This document shows, piece by piece, positions 63,194-64,000 of a DNA stretch of 64,000 nucleotides. The stretch lies in contig NC_043021.1 of assembly GCF_006345805.1 (NCBI RefSeq), positions 8,308,001-8,372,000 on the forward strand, given 5' to 3'. The position numbers and the translations under genes are program-made. The DNA comes from Octopus sinensis (Eukaryota). How positions within the stretch are numbered: position 1 is the first letter of the stretch; every line of letters starts with the position of its first letter. The notes under the pieces were generated by a model. It did no database searches. It saw nothing but the letters and a program-made list of their open reading frames with translations, and had not been told where the DNA came from.

Positions 63194-64000
63194 TTCTGTG
63201 TTTTGACCGAAATCATCAGATATTTATTGTCTACGGTGTTATTCTAATGTAACATTATATAATATACATACATCAATCTTATGTATGCGTGCATACACGA
63301 ACGTATAAATGTATGTATGTATATATATACGTATGTATGAATGTACGTATGTATGTGTGTGTGTATGTATGATGTATGTATGCATGTATGTATGTATGTA
63401 TGTACGTATATATATATGTGTGTGTTATAGGTTAAAAGTAGTGTTTACCAGCGAAGGCCGCCAGGTAATCAAATTCTTTATCGGCTGCTATGTTGTTTAT
63501 GATGTAACCTTATCTTCTGCTTTTCTTCTTACAGAGATAACCTTGTCATTGTGAAATATGATAAATAGTATCATTCTCAACTCATTCTTATCTCAGTCTA
63601 TTGTTGTACAAACAATTATTTCCTCTGAAAACATCCCTCCATATTCTTCCCCCCTTCTTCATTACCTCTCTTTCATCCCCTCCGCCGGTAAGCAAGGTAG
63701 TAGTGGTGATGGTGATGGTAGTGGTGGTGATGGCGGCAGTGACGATGATGGCTGTAGATATGATTCGGCACGGGGCCGCACATGCATCAAAACTGTATTT
63801 CAAGATCTAATTCTATTAGATTTTATCTTGGGCGCCGGAATGAAAACATGGTTTGAAGGGGCCATCCATACTGATGGCCATAAAATCACTAATCTACTCT
63901 TAATGATGGCAAGACACCTCATCCATCCCACATCAAATAATGACATTATATTACCATTATATTACAAATCCACCCGCAATAATAACATTGCACTTTAGAT

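Noticed and set aside
63558-63998. 146-aa ORF with FEGAIHTDGHKITNL resembling RTE RT
   Set aside because: Similarity is limited to ~20 residues, the YADD motif is absent, and the rest is low complexity.

Overview
AT-rich, microsatellite-dense eukaryotic DNA. The SINE families and repeat landscape point to a coleoid cephalopod, most likely Octopus (inference). Most ORFs in the track are microsatellite or SINE artefacts. One protein-coding gene is well supported: an 8-exon MDR/alcohol-dehydrogenase-fold gene on + (38399-46300, 348 aa, GT-AG introns, consistent phases). It has lost two of three catalytic-zinc ligands and the whole structural-zinc lobe but keeps an ADH-type NAD-binding motif. The window also holds a very young full-length Mag-like Gypsy LTR retrotransposon on - (52697-57209, 5-bp TSD), a tRNA-Ile(AAT) copy fused to a SINE tail, RTE, CR1/Jockey and R4/Dong-like LINE fragments, several tRNA-derived SINE families and many MITEs. 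The most unusual signal is at least ten minimal type-I hammerhead-ribozyme-like motifs (CUGANGA core, stem II, GAAAC, palindromic helix III, NUH site, stem I) from several sequence families. They sit in short non-coding elements that are mostly adjacent to (TA)n and often form inverted or tandem pairs, the architecture known for Penelope-like elements and retrozymes. All folds were read by eye; no activity or database match is claimed. Scattered 1-nt indels suggest residual long-read errors, so frameshifts and large palindromes need read-level checks.
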